From a virus (Duplodnaviria > Heunggongvirae > Uroviricota > Caudoviricetes): DNA of 8,455 nt. The position numbers were made by a program, and so were the translations under genes. Within the stretch, counting starts at the first letter, position 1. Each line of letters opens with the position of its first letter. The DNA is taken from IMG/VR virus record IMGVR_UViG_2648501730_000017; one strand, written 5' to 3'. Of the stretch, positions 6,444-8,455 are shown one piece after another. The notes below the pieces were generated by a model, which was given only the letters and a program-made list of their open reading frames with translations, was not told the origin of the DNA and did no database searches.

Positions 6444-6650
6444 ATGGTTCATCAACATTATGGAACGCAGACCGTTAATCGAGGTGCGGTCATGCCAGGA
6501 ATGCTGGTCAAACACAAAGATGGTACCTGGACTGCATCAGCTAATTTACGCGGACGGCTTTATCTGCATCGCGGCATCGAGCGCACTTATACCCGTGATT
6601 TGCTCGTGGAAGTTTTTCTCGACGGACGCGGTAACGGCCTGAATCACTAA
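6444..6650 (+). CDS. Small protein (68 aa from this start) in the kil position; possibly a Kil-like host-killing / division-inhibitor protein, identity unverified
   Basis: AGGAG ribosome-binding site 5 nt upstream of ATG 6444; alternative in-frame starts at 6492 (GAGGTG upstream) and 6501. The ORF ends 76 nt before gam, where lambda has kil. I cannot reliably recall a homologue. Confidence 0.3.
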   Translation: MVHQHYGTQTVNRGAVMPGMLVKHKDGTWTASANLRGRLYLHRGIERTYTRDLLVEVFLDGRGNGLNH

Positions 6651-6725
6651 TCCCCTTTCCTGTTTTCCTAATCAGCCTGGCATTTCGCGGGCGATATTTT
6701 CACAGCCATTTTCAGGAGGTCAGCC

Positions 6726-7022
6726 ATGAACGCTTATTACATTCAGGATCGTCTTGAGGCTCAGAGCTGGGCGCGTCACTACCAGCAGATCGCCCGTGAA
6801 GAGAAAGAGGCAGAACTGGCAGACGACATGGAAAAAGGCCTGCCCCAGCACCTGTTTGAATCGCTATGCATCGATCATTTGCAACGCCACGGGGCCAGCA
6901 AAAAAGCCATTACCCGTGCGTTTGATGAAGATGTTGAGTTTCAGGAGCGCATGGCAGAACACATCCAGTACATGGTTGAAACCATTGCTCACCACCAGGT
7001 TGATATTGATTCAGAGGTATAA
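6726..7022 (+). CDS. gam: Gam (RecBCD nuclease inhibitor), 98-aa short form
   Basis: [94 protein letters not shown] matches the C-terminal 98 residues of lambda Gam as recalled. AGGAGG ribosome-binding site upstream. No in-frame ATG upstream before a TAA at 6669-6671, so only the short form can be made. Confidence 0.85.
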   Translation: MNAYYIQDRLEAQSWARHYQQIAREEKEAELADDMEKGLPQHLFESLCIDHLQRHGASKKAITRAFDEDVEFQERMAEHIQYMVETIAHHQVDIDSEV

Positions 7023-7027
7023 AACGG

Positions 7028-8455
7028 ATGAGTACAGCACTCGCAACGCTGGCAGGGAAGCTGGCTGAACGTGTCGGCATGGATTCTGTCGACCCACAGG
7101 AACTGATCACCACTCTTCGCCAGACGGCATTTAAAGGTGATGCCAGCGATGCGCAGTTCATCGCATTGCTGATCGTCGCCAACCAGTACGGCCTTAATCC
7201 GTGGACGAAAGAAATTTACGCCTTCCCTGATAAGCAGAACGGCATTGTTCCGGTGGTGGGCGTTGATGGCTGGTCCCGCATCATCAATGAAAACCAGCAG
7301 TTTGATGGCATGAACTTTGAGCAGGACAATGAATCCTGTACATGCCGGATTTACCGCAAGGACCGTAATCATCCGATCTGCGTTACCGAATGGATGGAGT
7401 TGCACGACAAGCGAAAAGCAGAACTCTGGCGAGTAGAAAAGCTAGGGGATTTACCTGATGTCACTTTTGAAGAGGCCTGCCTAAGATGGCTTGAGGAAAA
7501 AGCTGATAAAAAATCTCTCGATTCAGATAAAAGCCGGATTGAGTTCTGGCTTGAACATTTTGAGGGTATAAGGCTTAAAGATATCTCGGAGGCAAAGATT
7601 TACTCTGCTGTAAGCAGAATGCATAACAGAAAGACGAAAGAAATATGGAAACAGAAAGTTCAGGCCGCCATCAGGAAAGGTAAAGAACCGCCTGTTTATG
7701 AACCAAAGCCAGTATCAACTCAGACAAAGGCAAAGCATCTTGCCATGATAAAGGCCATTCTCCGTGCTGCAGAACGCGACTGGAAGTGGCTGGAAAAAGC
7801 GCCTGTCATCAAGATACCAGCGGTCAGAAACAAGCGAGTCAGATGGCTGGAAAAGGAGGAAGCAAAACGCCTTATTGATGAGTGCCCCGAACCACTGAAA
7901 TCTGTCGTCAAGTTTGCGCTGGCAACTGGTCTGAGAAAGTCGAACATCATAAATCTGGAATGGCAACAAATCGACATGCAGCGACGAGTTGCCTGGGTGA
8001 ATCCAGAAGAGAGCAAATCAAACCGCGCCATTGGTGTGGCGCTGAACGATACCGCCTGTAAAGTGTTGCGTGATCAAATAGGCAAGCATCACAAATGGGT
8101 GTTTGTACATACCAAGGCGGCTAAGCGAGCAGATGGAACATCAACGCCTGCGGTCAGGAAGATGCGCATCGACAGCAAGACATCATGGCTATCAGCTTGT
8201 CGTCGTGCAGGAATTGAAGATTTCCGTTTCCATGACCTCAGACACACCTGGGCAAGCTGGCTGATTCAGTCAGGCGTCCCATTATCAGTGCTTCAGGAAA
8301 TGGGCGGATGGGAGTCCATAGAAATGGTTCGTAGGTATGCTCACCTTGCGCCTAATCATTTGACAGAGCATGCGAGGAAAATAGACGACATTTTTGGTGA
8401 TAATGTCCCAAATATGTCCCACTCTGGAATTATGGAGGATATAAAGAAGGCGTAA
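7028..8455 (+). CDS. In-frame fusion: Bet (lambda Red-beta) residues 1-123 joined to a tyrosine integrase (IntD / P21-family like) lacking roughly its first 35 residues; probable deletion product that removed the bet 3' end, exo, xis and the int 5' end
   Basis: Residues 1-123 ([122 protein letters not shown]) match lambda Bet as recalled. From about nt 7397 the protein switches to integrase sequence (ELHDK.KAE.WRV.KLG..PD.TFE.AC.RWLEEKA.KKSLD.DKSRI.FWL..F...), with the catalytic Arg in TGLRKSN, HDLRHTW and the Tyr in MVRRYAHL. Gam stop to bet start geometry (aggtataaaacggATG) is as in lambda. Confidence 0.8.
   Translation: MSTALATLAGKLAERVGMDSVDPQELITTLRQTAFKGDASDAQFIALLIVANQYGLNPWTKEIYAFPDKQNGIVPVVGVDGWSRIINENQQFDGMNFEQDNESCTCRIYRKDRNHPICVTEWMELHDKRKAELWRVEKLGDLPDVTFEEACLRWLEEKADKKSLDSDKSRIEFWLEHFEGIRLKDISEAKIYSAVSRMHNRKTKEIWKQKVQAAIRKGKEPPVYEPKPVSTQTKAKHLAMIKAILRAAERDWKWLEKAPVIKIPAVRNKRVRWLEKEEAKRLIDECPEPLKSVVKFALATGLRKSNIINLEWQQIDMQRRVAWVNPEESKSNRAIGVALNDTACKVLRDQIGKHHKWVFVHTKAAKRADGTSTPAVRKMRIDSKTSWLSACRRAGIEDFRFHDLRHTWASWLIQSGVPLSVLQEMGGWESIEMVRRYAHLAPNHLTEHARKIDDIFGDNVPNMSHSGIMEDIKKA

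Noticed and set aside
6360-6650. 96-aa ORF and the overlapping 77-aa alternative-frame ORF (6409-6642)
   Set aside because: The ATG at 6360 has a poorly spaced ribosome-binding site while the in-frame ATG at 6444 has AGGAG at ideal spacing; the 77-aa frame has no ribosome-binding site. Only the shorter 6444-6650 gene is reported, at low confidence.
6754-8031. ORFs 6754-7068 (+), 6910-7182 (-), 6989-7405 (-), 7715-7969 (-) and 7720-8031 (-)
   Set aside because: All lie within, or antisense to, gam and the bet-integrase fusion, which are supported by strong recalled homology; translations are Arg/Ser/Cys-rich frame artefacts.

Overview
This window is the early/immunity/replication region of a mosaic, partly decayed lambdoid prophage of the DLP12 type, shown in the reverse of the usual lambda orientation. 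No database search was possible: all identifications rest on reading the supplied translations and DNA and on recalled lambda / E. coli K-12 protein sequences. Left to right: a complete large serine recombinase (ybcK-like, minus strand), an AT-rich spacer with a terminator, emrE (SMR efflux pump, minus), a frameshifted ren pseudogene, lambda-type P and O with five ori iterons inside O, a YdaT-like protein in the cII position, an rrn-type boxA, a Cro-like HTH gene, a divergent operator/promoter region, a cI-like S24 repressor (plus), a terminator, a second operator/promoter cluster (pL-like), a small kil-position ORF, gam, and an in-frame fusion of the first 123 codons of bet to a tyrosine integrase lacking its N-terminus. 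I did not find a clearly novel system; the most unusual items are the bet-int fusion, the boxA without any recognisable N gene, and the repressor/operator architecture.
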